Below are positions 10,942 through 20,783 of a DNA stretch of 64,000 nucleotides, piece by piece. The translations under genes were made by a program, and so were the position numbers. The notes under the pieces are model-generated. The model saw only the letters and a program-made list of their open reading frames with translations. It made no database searches and was not told where the DNA came from. Positions within the stretch are counted from its first letter, which is position 1; each line of letters opens with the position of its first letter. Origin of the DNA: Kofleriaceae bacterium (GTDB lineage: Bacteria > Myxococcota_A > Polyangia > Haliangiales > Haliangiaceae); NCBI GenBank assembly GCA_965215005.1, contig CBDCCZ010000001.1, positions 96,001 through 160,000 on the forward strand, in the 5' to 3' direction.

Positions 10942-11475
10942 ATGCAGAAACGTGTCGCTATTGCCTCCTATGAGGATCCTCAGGTCGCCCGCGACGTGAT
11001 CGCGGACCTGCGCGAATGCGGCTACGCCGATGAGCACGTGGGGGTGATTGTCCGCGATGCCGACGGCGAAGCGCGCGTCAAGACGGTCGATGAGGCTCGC
11101 GAGAGCCAGGTAGGTGCGGGCGCTGCCGCTGGTGCTGCGGCAGGCGCGGGTCTTGGCGGATTGTGGGCCCTGGCCGTGGCTGCCGGCGTGTTGCCCGCTA
11201 TCGGACCGGTGCTCGCGGGCGGCTTGCTCACCGCGATCGTTGCGAGCGCCGCTGCTGGCGCAACTGCAGGAGGGGCCACGGGGGCGCTGTTGGGTCTCGG
11301 CGCGGAGAAGGACGAGGCGGAGTTTTTCGCCGATGAGCTGAAGCGGGGACGCACGGTGGTCTTGGTGACCGCGGAAGACGATCTCACGCGGGCTTCAGCG
11401 ATACTGCGGCAGCATCGTGGCATTGACCAAGCGCGCTCGCTGGCGCGACTAGACGAGCAGGGCGCACCTATTTGA
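10942..11475 (+). CDS. general stress membrane protein (YflT/17M-like, glycine zipper)
   Basis: GAAAGAAAGAGLGGL...PAIGPVLAGG...LKRGRTVVLV; AAGGAG RBS. Confidence 0.8.
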   Translation: MQKRVAIASYEDPQVARDVIADLRECGYADEHVGVIVRDADGEARVKTVDEARESQVGAGAAAGAAAGAGLGGLWALAVAAGVLPAIGPVLAGGLLTAIVASAAAGATAGGATGALLGLGAEKDEAEFFADELKRGRTVVLVTAEDDLTRASAILRQHRGIDQARSLARLDEQGAPI

Positions 11476-11742
11476 CACACGGTGGCGGGACAACCCGCTC
11501 GATGTCGACGTGCCTCCCTGCCACGATGTGTCGCGACTCCGCACCCATCTCCTAGGGATCGTCGTGGCTCTAGCAGTAGGTGGTGCAGCAGGCTTGTGCG
11601 AGACGGTTTGGTACACGGACGCCCTCGTGACCAGGGACTAACCCGAAGCTCACCTCGGGTAACACGTAAAACCTCAGAGAACACGCGTTAACGACTCGGA
11701 TCTCCCCGCCATCACAGCCGTTTCTGGCCAGAGACTTGCAAA

Positions 11743-12690
11743 ATGGCCGCACCCATGGACACCGCGGTGCTCAATCGCATCTGGGAAAAAGTCGTTGGCT
11801 GGGGGGAGACACTGGTGGTGATGCTGCCGAACTTGGCAGTTGCCACTGTCGTCATCGTTCTCGCGTGGTTCTTCTCGCGTCTCGTCGCCAACGGCATCTG
11901 CCGGCTCATCCGTCGTTTCTCGAACCACGAGAGCCTCATCGAGCTGGTTCGCAAGCTCATTCGAGTCATCGTTCTCGGTATCGGTTTCGTGGTGGCGCTG
12001 CAGATTCTCGAGCTGGATAAGGCTGCCACGACGTTTCTCGCCGGCGCCGGTATCATTGGATTGGCTCTTGGTTTCGCATTTCAAGACTTGAGCGCCAACT
12101 TCATCTCTGGCGTGTTCCTCGCAGCTCGGCGGCCCATGCAAATCGGCGATATCGTCGAGACCAACGACTATATCGGTGTCGTGCAGGCGATTGAGCTGCG
12201 GTCTTCTCTCATCCGCACGTTTCAAGGCCAGATGGTGATGATGCCCAATCGTAAGATCTTCGAGGAGCCGTTGGTCAACTACTCGCAGCTCGGGCGCCGG
12301 CGAGTGGATCTGCCCGTGGGAGTCTCTTATGGAGACGATCTGCCAAGGGCCGCCGAAATTGCTGTGGAGGCGGTGCGCAGCGAGGTGGGGGGGGCCGAGC
12401 AGGTCGAAGCGTTCTACGAGGCGTTTGGCGATTCTTCGATCAACTTTCAGCTGCGATTTTGGGTATCGTTTCGCCGCCAGCCCGACTATCTCGAGGCGCG
12501 CAGCAAAGCGATCATGGCGATCAAGGCAGCATTCGATGCCAATGATGTAACTATCCCGTTCCCGATCCGCACGCTCGACTTCAGCGCTGTTGGTGGTGAG
12601 CAACTCGATGCGCAACTTTCGACGATCACCAACGATGCGCGACTCGCCCCGGCCGCATCGGCGCAATCGAGCGAACGCAGCAGGTCATGA
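11743..12690 (+). CDS. mscS: small-conductance mechanosensitive channel
   Basis: GAGIIGLALGFAFQDLSANFISG, IGDIVE, PN..IF, FGDSSINF, IPFPIR. Confidence 0.92.
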   Translation: MAAPMDTAVLNRIWEKVVGWGETLVVMLPNLAVATVVIVLAWFFSRLVANGICRLIRRFSNHESLIELVRKLIRVIVLGIGFVVALQILELDKAATTFLAGAGIIGLALGFAFQDLSANFISGVFLAARRPMQIGDIVETNDYIGVVQAIELRSSLIRTFQGQMVMMPNRKIFEEPLVNYSQLGRRRVDLPVGVSYGDDLPRAAEIAVEAVRSEVGGAEQVEAFYEAFGDSSINFQLRFWVSFRRQPDYLEARSKAIMAIKAAFDANDVTIPFPIRTLDFSAVGGEQLDAQLSTITNDARLAPAASAQSSERSRS

Positions 12691-12801
12691 TGGGCTCGGC
12701 AACAGCCGTTCATCACCTACTAGTGAAGCGACCAGCGAGCACGGCTCACGCGGTGTCGCACGAGGATGGACTCGGTATTCCAATTGCAGACTGGAGAGAG
12801 C

Positions 12802-13401
12802 ATGAGCAAGGACGAAGGCTACAAAAAGCAGAACGAAGGCGAAGGCAGCAAGTCCGGCGCTCGCGCCTACAATAAAGGCGCAAAGGACTTTGCAGAGGAG
12901 GGACGTGTCGACTCCGCGGCTCGTGAAGCGGCCGAGAGCCTCGAGCGAGACCAGAAGGAGCTGAACGAGGCGGAACGAATCGGTCGTGCGCGCGCAGCGG
13001 AGGAAGACCCGCTGCTACGCGGCAAACGCGAAGATTTGAGCGCCACGCCGGAAACCTGGCGGCAAGCGATTTCGATCGCCAATAAGCTGGTCGAAAAGGG
13101 CTGTTCGGAGATGGACGCGCTGCGGCAGGCAATCGACGAGGTCGAGGCCGGAGGCAGCGATTCGAAATCTACTAAGGCCAAGAGCGGTGCTGCTCAGCAC
13201 GTGCTCTTCGAGCAAAATGCGTGGGTCATTCGTGCCGAAGGTGCCGATAGTCCCGCGGCACGATTCGACCATCTCGAAGATGCTTTGCGTCGCGCTCGCG
13301 ACCTCGCCATGGAGCAGAGCGCCACGCTCTGCGTGCATGATCCGGACGGCGCGATCATCGGCACGTATCGGCCCGGGCAGGGAGACGCGGTCCGGCACTG
13401 A
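12802..13401 (+). CDS. stress-associated protein with C-terminal DUF2188-like domain
   Basis: N-terminal NEGEGSKSGARAYN motif; C-terminal WVIRAEGA...ARDLA...LCVHDPDGAI. Confidence 0.7.
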   Translation: MSKDEGYKKQNEGEGSKSGARAYNKGAKDFAEEGRVDSAAREAAESLERDQKELNEAERIGRARAAEEDPLLRGKREDLSATPETWRQAISIANKLVEKGCSEMDALRQAIDEVEAGGSDSKSTKAKSGAAQHVLFEQNAWVIRAEGADSPAARFDHLEDALRRARDLAMEQSATLCVHDPDGAIIGTYRPGQGDAVRH

Positions 13402-13492
13402 GCCCAGGGTCGGACCGGTGCGGTTGGCGCTGCGTTGATTGACCAACCGCACCCTCGTGCGCCCGCGCAGGGCTCCGCGCTAAGCTGTCGGC

Positions 13493-16063
13493 GTGGGCAT
13501 CTCACGTCGCAGCCCGAAGTGGCAGGTTCCCAGCCGTGCGACCGGCGGTGTGGTGCCCTATATCGTTCTCGTCGTCAGTCTGACGGCGACGCTGTTGGTG
13601 GTTGTCGGCTTTCGTCATGCAGCCGACGAGCGCGACTTCAGCCGCTTCCGTGCCGCTGTGCAGAGCACGCGGTACCTAATCAAGAACCGAATCGATACCT
13701 ATAGCGCCGTGCTGCTGGCGACTCGCGGCATGCTCGAGACGCGCGAGCGAGTAAGCCGCCAGGAGTTTAGCGACTTCGTCGAGCGCCTAGAGCTCGCAAG
13801 ACTGTATCCCGGGCTTCAAGGCGTGGGGGTGACGAGGCGTGTCTCTGCTACCGAGCGAGAGGCTCTGGAACAGCAGATGCGCAGCGAGGGGCTCGAGGGA
13901 TTCGCCGTTTGGCCCCTTGATGACCGTTCTGAGCTATTCCCTATCACGTATATTGAGCCGCTAGACAGACGAAATCGAGCCGCCCTCGGCTACGACATGT
14001 CTACTGAGCCTGTTCGGCGAGAAGCGATGGCTCGGGCGCGCGACACCGGTTTACCCGCGGCGTCGGGGCCGGTGACCCTGGTGCAGGAAATCGACGGTGA
14101 CCTGCAGGCCGGATTTCTGATTTACGCGCCGTTGTACAGCGATGGTCCTGAGCCTACTACTGTGGCCGAGCGACGCGAGCGCCATGTTGGATTCGTCTAT
14201 AGTCCATTTCGCGTAGGAGACTTGCTAGCCGGCATCTTCGGTACAGAAAACCAGACGCGAGTAAGCTTTGCCATCTACGATCGAGTAGATGATGGCTCCG
14301 AACAGCTTCTATTTCAGTCCCCGCAGCGCTCGCCTGACCCGCAATTTCAGTACCGGCAGCCGCTCGAGGTAGGAGGACGAACGTGGAGCCTTTCCTTTGC
14401 TTCTCAGCCGGTCTTCGAGCAGGCGTCCGACGAAAGGCTACTGCCGTACATAAGCTGTGCTGGGTTTCTAGTCAGCCTCATGCTCTTTCTACTATCTCGT
14501 CGGCAAGTTCGTGCGCAGGAGAGCTTGCGGCTGCACGCGCGGGTGGTGGAAAGCATGGCAGAAGGCGTGAGCGTCTCGGATGAGCACGGCACCATCCTCT
14601 ACACGAATCCCGCAGAAGACGACATATTCGGCTACCAACGCGGAGAGCTGGTGGGCCAGTCGGTGATGGTGCAGAACAACTACTCTCCCGAAGAGAACCT
14701 GCGCGTCGTGGAGGAGGTCATGACAGTACTGCGTGAGCAGGGGAGCTGGAGCGGCGAATTCCTCAACGTCAAGAAGGACGGTACGCCGCTAGTCACCGCA
14801 GCCCGCATCAGCGCACTGGAGATCGGTGGCCGACCGCATTGGATTTGTGTGCAGGAAGACATCAGCGAGCGCAAGCGCGGGGAGCAAGAGCGAGCAGCTC
14901 TTTTGGAGCGCGAGCATCAAGCGCGTGCCGCTGCCGAGGCCGCGAGCCGGGCCAAGGACGAGTTCCTCGCTATGCTAGGGCATGAGCTGCGTAATCCACT
15001 TGCGCCCATCGTCACCGCTCTCCAGTTGATAGAGCTCAAGAGCGATGGTCAGCTCGATCGCGAGCATTTGGTGATAGAGCGCCAGGTGAGCCATTTGAGT
15101 CAACTCGTCGACGACCTGCTCGACGTATCGCGAATAACTCGCGGTCGCGTCGAGTTAGCTCGTCGCCCGCTGGACGTTCGTTCGGTGCTATCGCGGGCGA
15201 TCGAGATGGCCAGTCCGCTCGTCGAGCAGCGCGAGCACGAGCTGATAGTGGACGTGGCGGATGATGCGCTGCAGGTCGAAGGCGACGAGCTGCGGCTGGC
15301 GCAGGTATTCTCCAACCTGCTCACCAATGCTGCAAAGTACACTGAGCCGGGAGGTCGAATCCGAGTCCGTGCGAGGCGCGAAGGAGCAGAGATTTGCGTC
15401 GCTGTTCGAGACAGCGGGCTGGGCATTCCCGCTGAGTTACTGCCGCGCATCTTCGACCTCTTTACCCAAGGAGAGCGCACCATCGATCGCTCACAAGGCG
15501 GTCTCGGCATCGGGCTCACCCTGGTGAAACAACTCGTCGAAGCCCACGGAGGACGCATAGAAGCGCATAGTGACGGCCTCGGTGAAGGAAGCGAGTTCGT
15601 CGCGTGCTTACCAGCGCTCGAAGAAACTACCGCGCCCGCCGAGCCACCCCGCGCAGATGCCGCCGCAGCCGACCGCGGAGAGGGTCGTCGCATCCTCGTC
15701 GTCGATGACAACGAAGACGCCGCCGAGCTACTCGCGGAACTGTTCCGCGTCGCCGGTTACGATGTCCAGACTGCCCACGATGGCCCTAGCGCACTTGAAT
15801 TGGCGCTAGAGTTCAAGCCAGAGCTCGCCGTCCTCGACATTGGGTTGCCGGTCATGGATGGAATCGAGCTGGCGGCAAAGCTCAGGGAGCTGGGTCCGAT
15901 CGCGCTCATCGCGTTGTCGGGCTACGGGCAACCTGGCGATCGCGAGCGCACCAGCGCCGCCGGATTCGCCAGTCACTTCGTAAAGCCAGTCAACGCCAGC
16001 GTCCTCATCGCCGACCTCAGTACGCTGCTATCGACGCCTCCACCTCCCCCCGAGCCCGCCTAG
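13493..16063 (+). CDS. CHASE-PAS hybrid histidine kinase with receiver
   Basis: CHASE (YIEPLDRRNRAALGYDM...LVQE), PAS, GHELRNPL, NLLTNAAKYT, GGLGIGL, receiver LDIGLPVMDG. Confidence 0.92.
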   Translation: MGISRRSPKWQVPSRATGGVVPYIVLVVSLTATLLVVVGFRHAADERDFSRFRAAVQSTRYLIKNRIDTYSAVLLATRGMLETRERVSRQEFSDFVERLELARLYPGLQGVGVTRRVSATEREALEQQMRSEGLEGFAVWPLDDRSELFPITYIEPLDRRNRAALGYDMSTEPVRREAMARARDTGLPAASGPVTLVQEIDGDLQAGFLIYAPLYSDGPEPTTVAERRERHVGFVYSPFRVGDLLAGIFGTENQTRVSFAIYDRVDDGSEQLLFQSPQRSPDPQFQYRQPLEVGGRTWSLSFASQPVFEQASDERLLPYISCAGFLVSLMLFLLSRRQVRAQESLRLHARVVESMAEGVSVSDEHGTILYTNPAEDDIFGYQRGELVGQSVMVQNNYSPEENLRVVEEVMTVLREQGSWSGEFLNVKKDGTPLVTAARISALEIGGRPHWICVQEDISERKRGEQERAALLEREHQARAAAEAASRAKDEFLAMLGHELRNPLAPIVTALQLIELKSDGQLDREHLVIERQVSHLSQLVDDLLDVSRITRGRVELARRPLDVRSVLSRAIEMASPLVEQREHELIVDVADDALQVEGDELRLAQVFSNLLTNAAKYTEPGGRIRVRARREGAEICVAVRDSGLGIPAELLPRIFDLFTQGERTIDRSQGGLGIGLTLVKQLVEAHGGRIEAHSDGLGEGSEFVACLPALEETTAPAEPPRADAAAADRGEGRRILVVDDNEDAAELLAELFRVAGYDVQTAHDGPSALELALEFKPELAVLDIGLPVMDGIELAAKLRELGPIALIALSGYGQPGDRERTSAAGFASHFVKPVNASVLIADLSTLLSTPPPPPEPA

Positions 16064-16170
16064 CCCCTCAACTTCTACCGCCGCACCGCCGCTCGTGGCC
16101 CTCCACGGCGACGCCGCCACGCCGCGCGGGGCTTTCGCGCCGCCAAGGCTCATGCTAGGTTCTGCCTCCT

Positions 16171-16252
<82 letters not shown>

Positions 16253-16289
16253 CGCATATTCCCTGCGGTTGAGGCACGATGAGTCGGTA

Positions 16290-16460
16290 CCCCGGGGGGG
16301 ATTGGCTCACGTTGATCTCGAGGTCGAGCGTATTTGCGAGGCCTTGGAGCTGCGTCTTATAGACGCGTGAGCGATAGCTGTTGCTGCCGTCTGCATCAGC
16401 GTCGATGAAGCTCTCTCGTGCGTTGGGATATCGCTTTGATGCCACTCTCACTTCCAACAC
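16290..16460 (-). pseudogene. ISAzo13-family (Rhodopirellula-type DDE) transposase fragment
   Basis: RYPNARESFIDADADGSNSYRSRVYKTQLQGLANTLDLEINVSQSPPG resembles the family core YP.A..LLITAD.GGSN..R...WK..LQ.LA...GL.I.V.H.PPG. Confidence 0.7.
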
Positions 16461-16680
16461 GCCACAATTGATATCGGCGCGAGCCAGTCACCTCGAACGC
16501 GTTCCTTATGCAAAGACTCTAAAGGAGTTGCCTTCAACCGTGAAGCGGCAGCCATCGTGTGGTGTGGGTGGTATGCGTGCGATGGTGCAGCTTGAGCTAC
16601 CCGCGCGTTCACTGACGCGCGCTCGGGCTATCTCGAGATGTTCGCCGCTACCAAAACCGCGTTACCATGAACAGGGGGGC

Positions 16681-17958
16681 ATGAGGATTAGCTATCGCTA
16701 TCTAGTTTTGTCGCTGGTCGCAGCGCAGCTGGCCAGTCTGTCGGCAGCGGCGGAGGCATCGCCGCCGCCGTCACACGTGGTGGCCGAGGCCGAGCGTCGC
16801 AACGACCGTGCTTCGCTGCTATACCGCCAGGGGCGTTTTGAGGACGCCCTTCGCCTGTATCAAGCGGCCTATGATCTGAGCCCGGACCCGCGCTTCTTGT
16901 TCAACATTGGATTGGCTCGCGAGAAGGTCTTCGATTTCGAGCAATGCGCGCTGGCGTTCGAAGCGGTGATAGGGGACGAGCGCGTCACAGGAGAGGTTCG
17001 CGCTCAGGCCCGCGTGCGGCTGGCGTCCTGCCGGGACCGAGCGAAAATTGCGGTCCTGTTCACCTCGGCGCCGCCGAACGCCGCTGTGTCGATCGTCGAG
17101 GGTGACGATGCCCGCCTGGTGGGGCGCACGCCGATGACGCTCGAGCTGTCGCCTCGGAGCTATACGGTTCGAATGGAGCTCGACGGCTATCGCCCGCGCT
17201 CCGATGCGCTCGTCGTAGATCTCGGAACACGCCCGAAGGTCGACTTCGTGCTCGAAAAGCTGTCCTCGCTCCAGGTCGAGGTCGATCCTGCGGGTGCCAA
17301 GGTCAAGATCGGTGAACTGCCATGGGAGGCGGCCCCGATCAGGCGTGAGGTGGTCGCCGGTCTCTACACGGTCCGCGTGGAGCGCGCGGGATACGAGCCC
17401 GTATCGCGCGAGGTGCGGATCGCCGCGGGGCAAGAAGTATCTCTCGTGCTGCCGCTGCGCCACGTTATTCCCACGCGCAAGGTCGAGCTGCGGGCTGGTC
17501 GCCACCTCGGAGAGATGCACCTGCGTATCGACGGCGACCCGATACCGCTGCCGCGACCCGGCAATCTGCAACTGCGCGCCGGGCCGCATCGCGTCCAAGC
17601 GCGTGCGCCGGGACATCTTCCCCTCGACGCCGAGGTGGTGATTCCTCAGGAGCGGGACGTTGCGCTCGAGCTCACGCTCGCCGCGACGCGAACGCCGATA
17701 GAGCGCACGGCGCTGTGGACTGTTGCTGGTAGCGCGCTGGCCTTTGCCGGCGGGGGCGCGTACTTCGGAGGGCTGGCGCTCCGCGATCAGGCCGAGCTCG
17801 GACGCGCTCCTAGCCCGGCGCTTCGCGATCGAGGTGAGGACAGGGCCGCATATGCCGATTGGGCGTTTACGACGGCGGCAGTACTGGGAGGAGCAACCAT
17901 TGTCTACTACTTCATCACCAAACCCGGATCGTCGAGAGCGCAGGTCGCCTATGAGTAA
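16681..17958 (+). CDS. secreted TPR + PEGA domain protein with C-terminal membrane segment
   Basis: signal peptide; LYRQGRFEDAL..YQAAY...FLFNIG; PEGA repeats (TSAPPNAAV...GRTP; VDPAGAKV). Confidence 0.85.
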   Translation: MRISYRYLVLSLVAAQLASLSAAAEASPPPSHVVAEAERRNDRASLLYRQGRFEDALRLYQAAYDLSPDPRFLFNIGLAREKVFDFEQCALAFEAVIGDERVTGEVRAQARVRLASCRDRAKIAVLFTSAPPNAAVSIVEGDDARLVGRTPMTLELSPRSYTVRMELDGYRPRSDALVVDLGTRPKVDFVLEKLSSLQVEVDPAGAKVKIGELPWEAAPIRREVVAGLYTVRVERAGYEPVSREVRIAAGQEVSLVLPLRHVIPTRKVELRAGRHLGEMHLRIDGDPIPLPRPGNLQLRAGPHRVQARAPGHLPLDAEVVIPQERDVALELTLAATRTPIERTALWTVAGSALAFAGGGAYFGGLALRDQAELGRAPSPALRDRGEDRAAYADWAFTTAAVLGGATIVYYFITKPGSSRAQVAYE

Positions 17959-18889
17959 TACCTTTCGTGCAGCGCTCGCTGCGATCGGCGGCCTTCTGGT
18001 CGCCGCGTGCGGCAGCGGTGGTGCTGCCGAGGCCGTGGACGCCGCCCCCTCGATCGACGCGTATACAGGGCTGTGTCCGATTCCTCCCGGTGCCCAGTTC
18101 GTCTTCCGCACCATGGAAATATCCGCTTACGAGGAGGGACGAGATCTCACCGGCGATGATGTGATCGATAACGAGTTGGGGAACCTTCCCTCGTTCGTGC
18201 GCGACGAGCTCGCGCGCTCCATCGATTTGGGAATATCCCGCGGCGAGATCATGATTGGCCTGCTGTTCGAGGGGTGGGAGCTGCCCGCACCGCCGCCCGC
18301 AGCGCTCACGGCGCACATTTTCATTTTACTCGATGCTGACTCCCCGCAGGACCCCAGTGACAACATCGGTGGTCACGGTCGGTTCGAGATCGATGCGTCG
18401 CGAAGCTTCGATCTGTCGTGCAACTCGCTCAATAGATTCTCTCTGGCAGTCTCCGATGATGGCGTCGCGGTCTCGCCGGAGACATCACTCACCTTCCCCC
18501 TCGGCGTGGGAGAGGGTGTTCTCGATTACCAGCGCGCCGTCTTCACGTTGGCACTCGACGCCACTGCGCAGCCGATGCCGGGCAAGTTCACGGCAATGGT
18601 CCCGATCTGCGCCGCCTCGAAAGTCATCTTCCCTGGCCTCGACGGCACTCTGCTGCAGAACCTCGCCGCCAACCCGCTGCTCGCGCCCTATGTCTCAATC
18701 GACATCGACCTCGACGACGACGGTCTGGAGCAGATTCTCGCCGATGAGGACGGGATCTCTGGCTGCGTTGACGGCGACAGCACCGCGTACGACCAAGCGG
18801 ATTGTCCGTGCTTGCCGATGATCGTCGACGGCTATTCGATGGCCCAGAGTTTCGATCTGGTGAGCGCAACCTTCGTAACCGTGCGGTGA
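17951..18889 (+). CDS. Cys/Asp-rich lipoprotein
   Basis: lipobox LVAAC; DLTGDDVIDN and DIDLDDDGLE Ca-binding-like motifs; overlaps the upstream stop. Confidence 0.7.
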   Translation: MSNTFRAALAAIGGLLVAACGSGGAAEAVDAAPSIDAYTGLCPIPPGAQFVFRTMEISAYEEGRDLTGDDVIDNELGNLPSFVRDELARSIDLGISRGEIMIGLLFEGWELPAPPPAALTAHIFILLDADSPQDPSDNIGGHGRFEIDASRSFDLSCNSLNRFSLAVSDDGVAVSPETSLTFPLGVGEGVLDYQRAVFTLALDATAQPMPGKFTAMVPICAASKVIFPGLDGTLLQNLAANPLLAPYVSIDIDLDDDGLEQILADEDGISGCVDGDSTAYDQADCPCLPMIVDGYSMAQSFDLVSATFVTVR

Positions 18890-18938
18890 CGAACTCGCGC
18901 GCGGTGTGCAGAGCATTGATGACGATGGCAAGTGGGCG

Positions 18939-20762
18939 ATGAACCAGCCAGACGAACATGGCTGGACGCGGAGCGGCAGCCGCAGACTGCGACTGGGCGT
19001 GGTGGTTGCCGTCGCCCTGCTATCCGGCTCGTGCCAATGGCTGACCAACTTCGAGCTCGATCCGGAAGCCGAGCTCACGCAGGCGCTGTGCGAAGACGGG
19101 CGCGACAACGACTTCGACGGGTTCGTCGATTGTCAGGAATCCAGCTGCGCTCGCTTTTCGCGCTGCTGCGACATCCCCGAGGTTCTGCTCGAGGACGACT
19201 TCGACGGTCCGTCGTGCGCTGATGCCGAGTGCGCGGGGGCAACCTGTGGCGCCCTTGAGTGTGGACCCTCGGAGGAGCGCTGGGTCACGTGGCCGTGTCC
19301 GTTCCCGAAAGTGTGTGATGGAGCGCTACGCCTCGACAAGCAAGCGTGCTACGCGCAGGGTGTCCTCAGTAGGGAGCTGCTTCCGATTCGGCCCGGCCTG
19401 TCGGTTGAGGTCGATTTGCTGCATGCTCCCGAAGCGCGCGGATACCTCGAAGTCGCGCTTACCCTGCAGGGGCCGGACGAGTTCCAGGGAGCCCTCGACG
19501 AATGCAGCGCCTATCAATACGTGCGCGGGTTCGCGGCGTTACGCCAGGAGCGCCGCGATGACGGATATGAGCTGGTAGCAATCTTTCAGTCGACGGAGAT
19601 AGGTCGCTCATCGCCGGTAACGGATCCGGAGGTGCCCCACCGGGCAACCCTGCGGATCGACGTCGAGGGGAGGCTGTTCTTCGAGCTCGATGGTGCGCCC
19701 ATCGCCTCGGCGACCGTGCCGGTCCCGGAGGAGGGAAACGTGGCGGCACACCTGGCCATTTCCGGCCTAACCCAGACGGCGGCGGTGAGCCACGTGCGCG
19801 TCGAGGCAGGGTTGCGCTGCGAAGCGCCAGGCCAGTGGCAGCCGGCAGGGCAAACGATCGAGGAATCGGTTGCGCTCGCGCCTACAGGGTCGGATACGTT
19901 CGATGCTTCAGAGGTGTTTTATCCGAGCGTTGCGGCGACCCCCGCCGGCTACGAGCTCCTTTACTCCGGGTGTACGTGGACGCAAAACGACGATCGCTGC
20001 AGGGTTGCAGAGGTGGGGCTCGGGCGCGCGGTCGGACGCAGCGGTCGCGACTTTGATCGTCTGGCGAGCACACCGGCGTTGTCTGCGCGAGACGTGTTTC
20101 CGTCCTCAGCGTTTTACGAGCAGGATGTTTGGGCGGGCGAGCTTTCGCGCGACGGCGTGAAGACAGTCCTCGTTGGCGGACCAGGGATCCTCGGCAGCAT
20201 CGGGTTGGATCCTCCGCAGCTCACTGAAATTCTCGCCAAGTCCGGCTCTGGGTGGGACTACCGCATGTGTTGCCCAAGCGCCGCCGTCGGCTCCGACGGC
20301 AGCACGTACCTGTACTACGCGGGCCGGGGCCAAAACGACTCGCAGTCGGCTATTGGCCTCGCCACACTCGGCACCGACGGCAAGGCCGTGCGCCACCCTA
20401 GCAATCCCATTTTTCTCGGGAGCACGTCATTCGACGCGGCAGGCAGCGGCCATCCCTCAGTGTTGTACGATGTAGAGCGCCAGCTGTTTCGGATGTGGTA
20501 CGAGACCACCGACTTCTTCGGCCGCGTCGGCATCGGCTACGCGACCTCGGTGGATGGTATCGATTGGCAGCCGTTCGAGGGCAACCCGGTACTTCGCGCC
20601 GAGGATGTCGGACTGGTGAGTATGGGAGCGCCAAGCGTTCTCCTCACGCCCGATCGCCGCCTGTTGATGTGGGTCGACGGAACCACGTCGGATAACCCGC
20701 GCCGGCGAATCTTCATGCTCGAGAACGCGGGCACACGCATCGAGGATTTCCCGGACGAATGA
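18939..20762 (+). CDS. lipoprotein with Cys-rich repeat and C-terminal five-bladed beta-propeller (GH43/32/130-like)
   Basis: LLSGSC lipobox; CEDGRDNDFDGFVDC; FYPSV, GHPSVLYD...FRMWYE, IGYATSVDGIDW...NPVL. Confidence 0.7.
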   Translation: MNQPDEHGWTRSGSRRLRLGVVVAVALLSGSCQWLTNFELDPEAELTQALCEDGRDNDFDGFVDCQESSCARFSRCCDIPEVLLEDDFDGPSCADAECAGATCGALECGPSEERWVTWPCPFPKVCDGALRLDKQACYAQGVLSRELLPIRPGLSVEVDLLHAPEARGYLEVALTLQGPDEFQGALDECSAYQYVRGFAALRQERRDDGYELVAIFQSTEIGRSSPVTDPEVPHRATLRIDVEGRLFFELDGAPIASATVPVPEEGNVAAHLAISGLTQTAAVSHVRVEAGLRCEAPGQWQPAGQTIEESVALAPTGSDTFDASEVFYPSVAATPAGYELLYSGCTWTQNDDRCRVAEVGLGRAVGRSGRDFDRLASTPALSARDVFPSSAFYEQDVWAGELSRDGVKTVLVGGPGILGSIGLDPPQLTEILAKSGSGWDYRMCCPSAAVGSDGSTYLYYAGRGQNDSQSAIGLATLGTDGKAVRHPSNPIFLGSTSFDAAGSGHPSVLYDVERQLFRMWYETTDFFGRVGIGYATSVDGIDWQPFEGNPVLRAEDVGLVSMGAPSVLLTPDRRLLMWVDGTTSDNPRRRIFMLENAGTRIEDFPDE

Positions 20763-20783
20763 CCCGCAGGTGCCGCTCCACCC

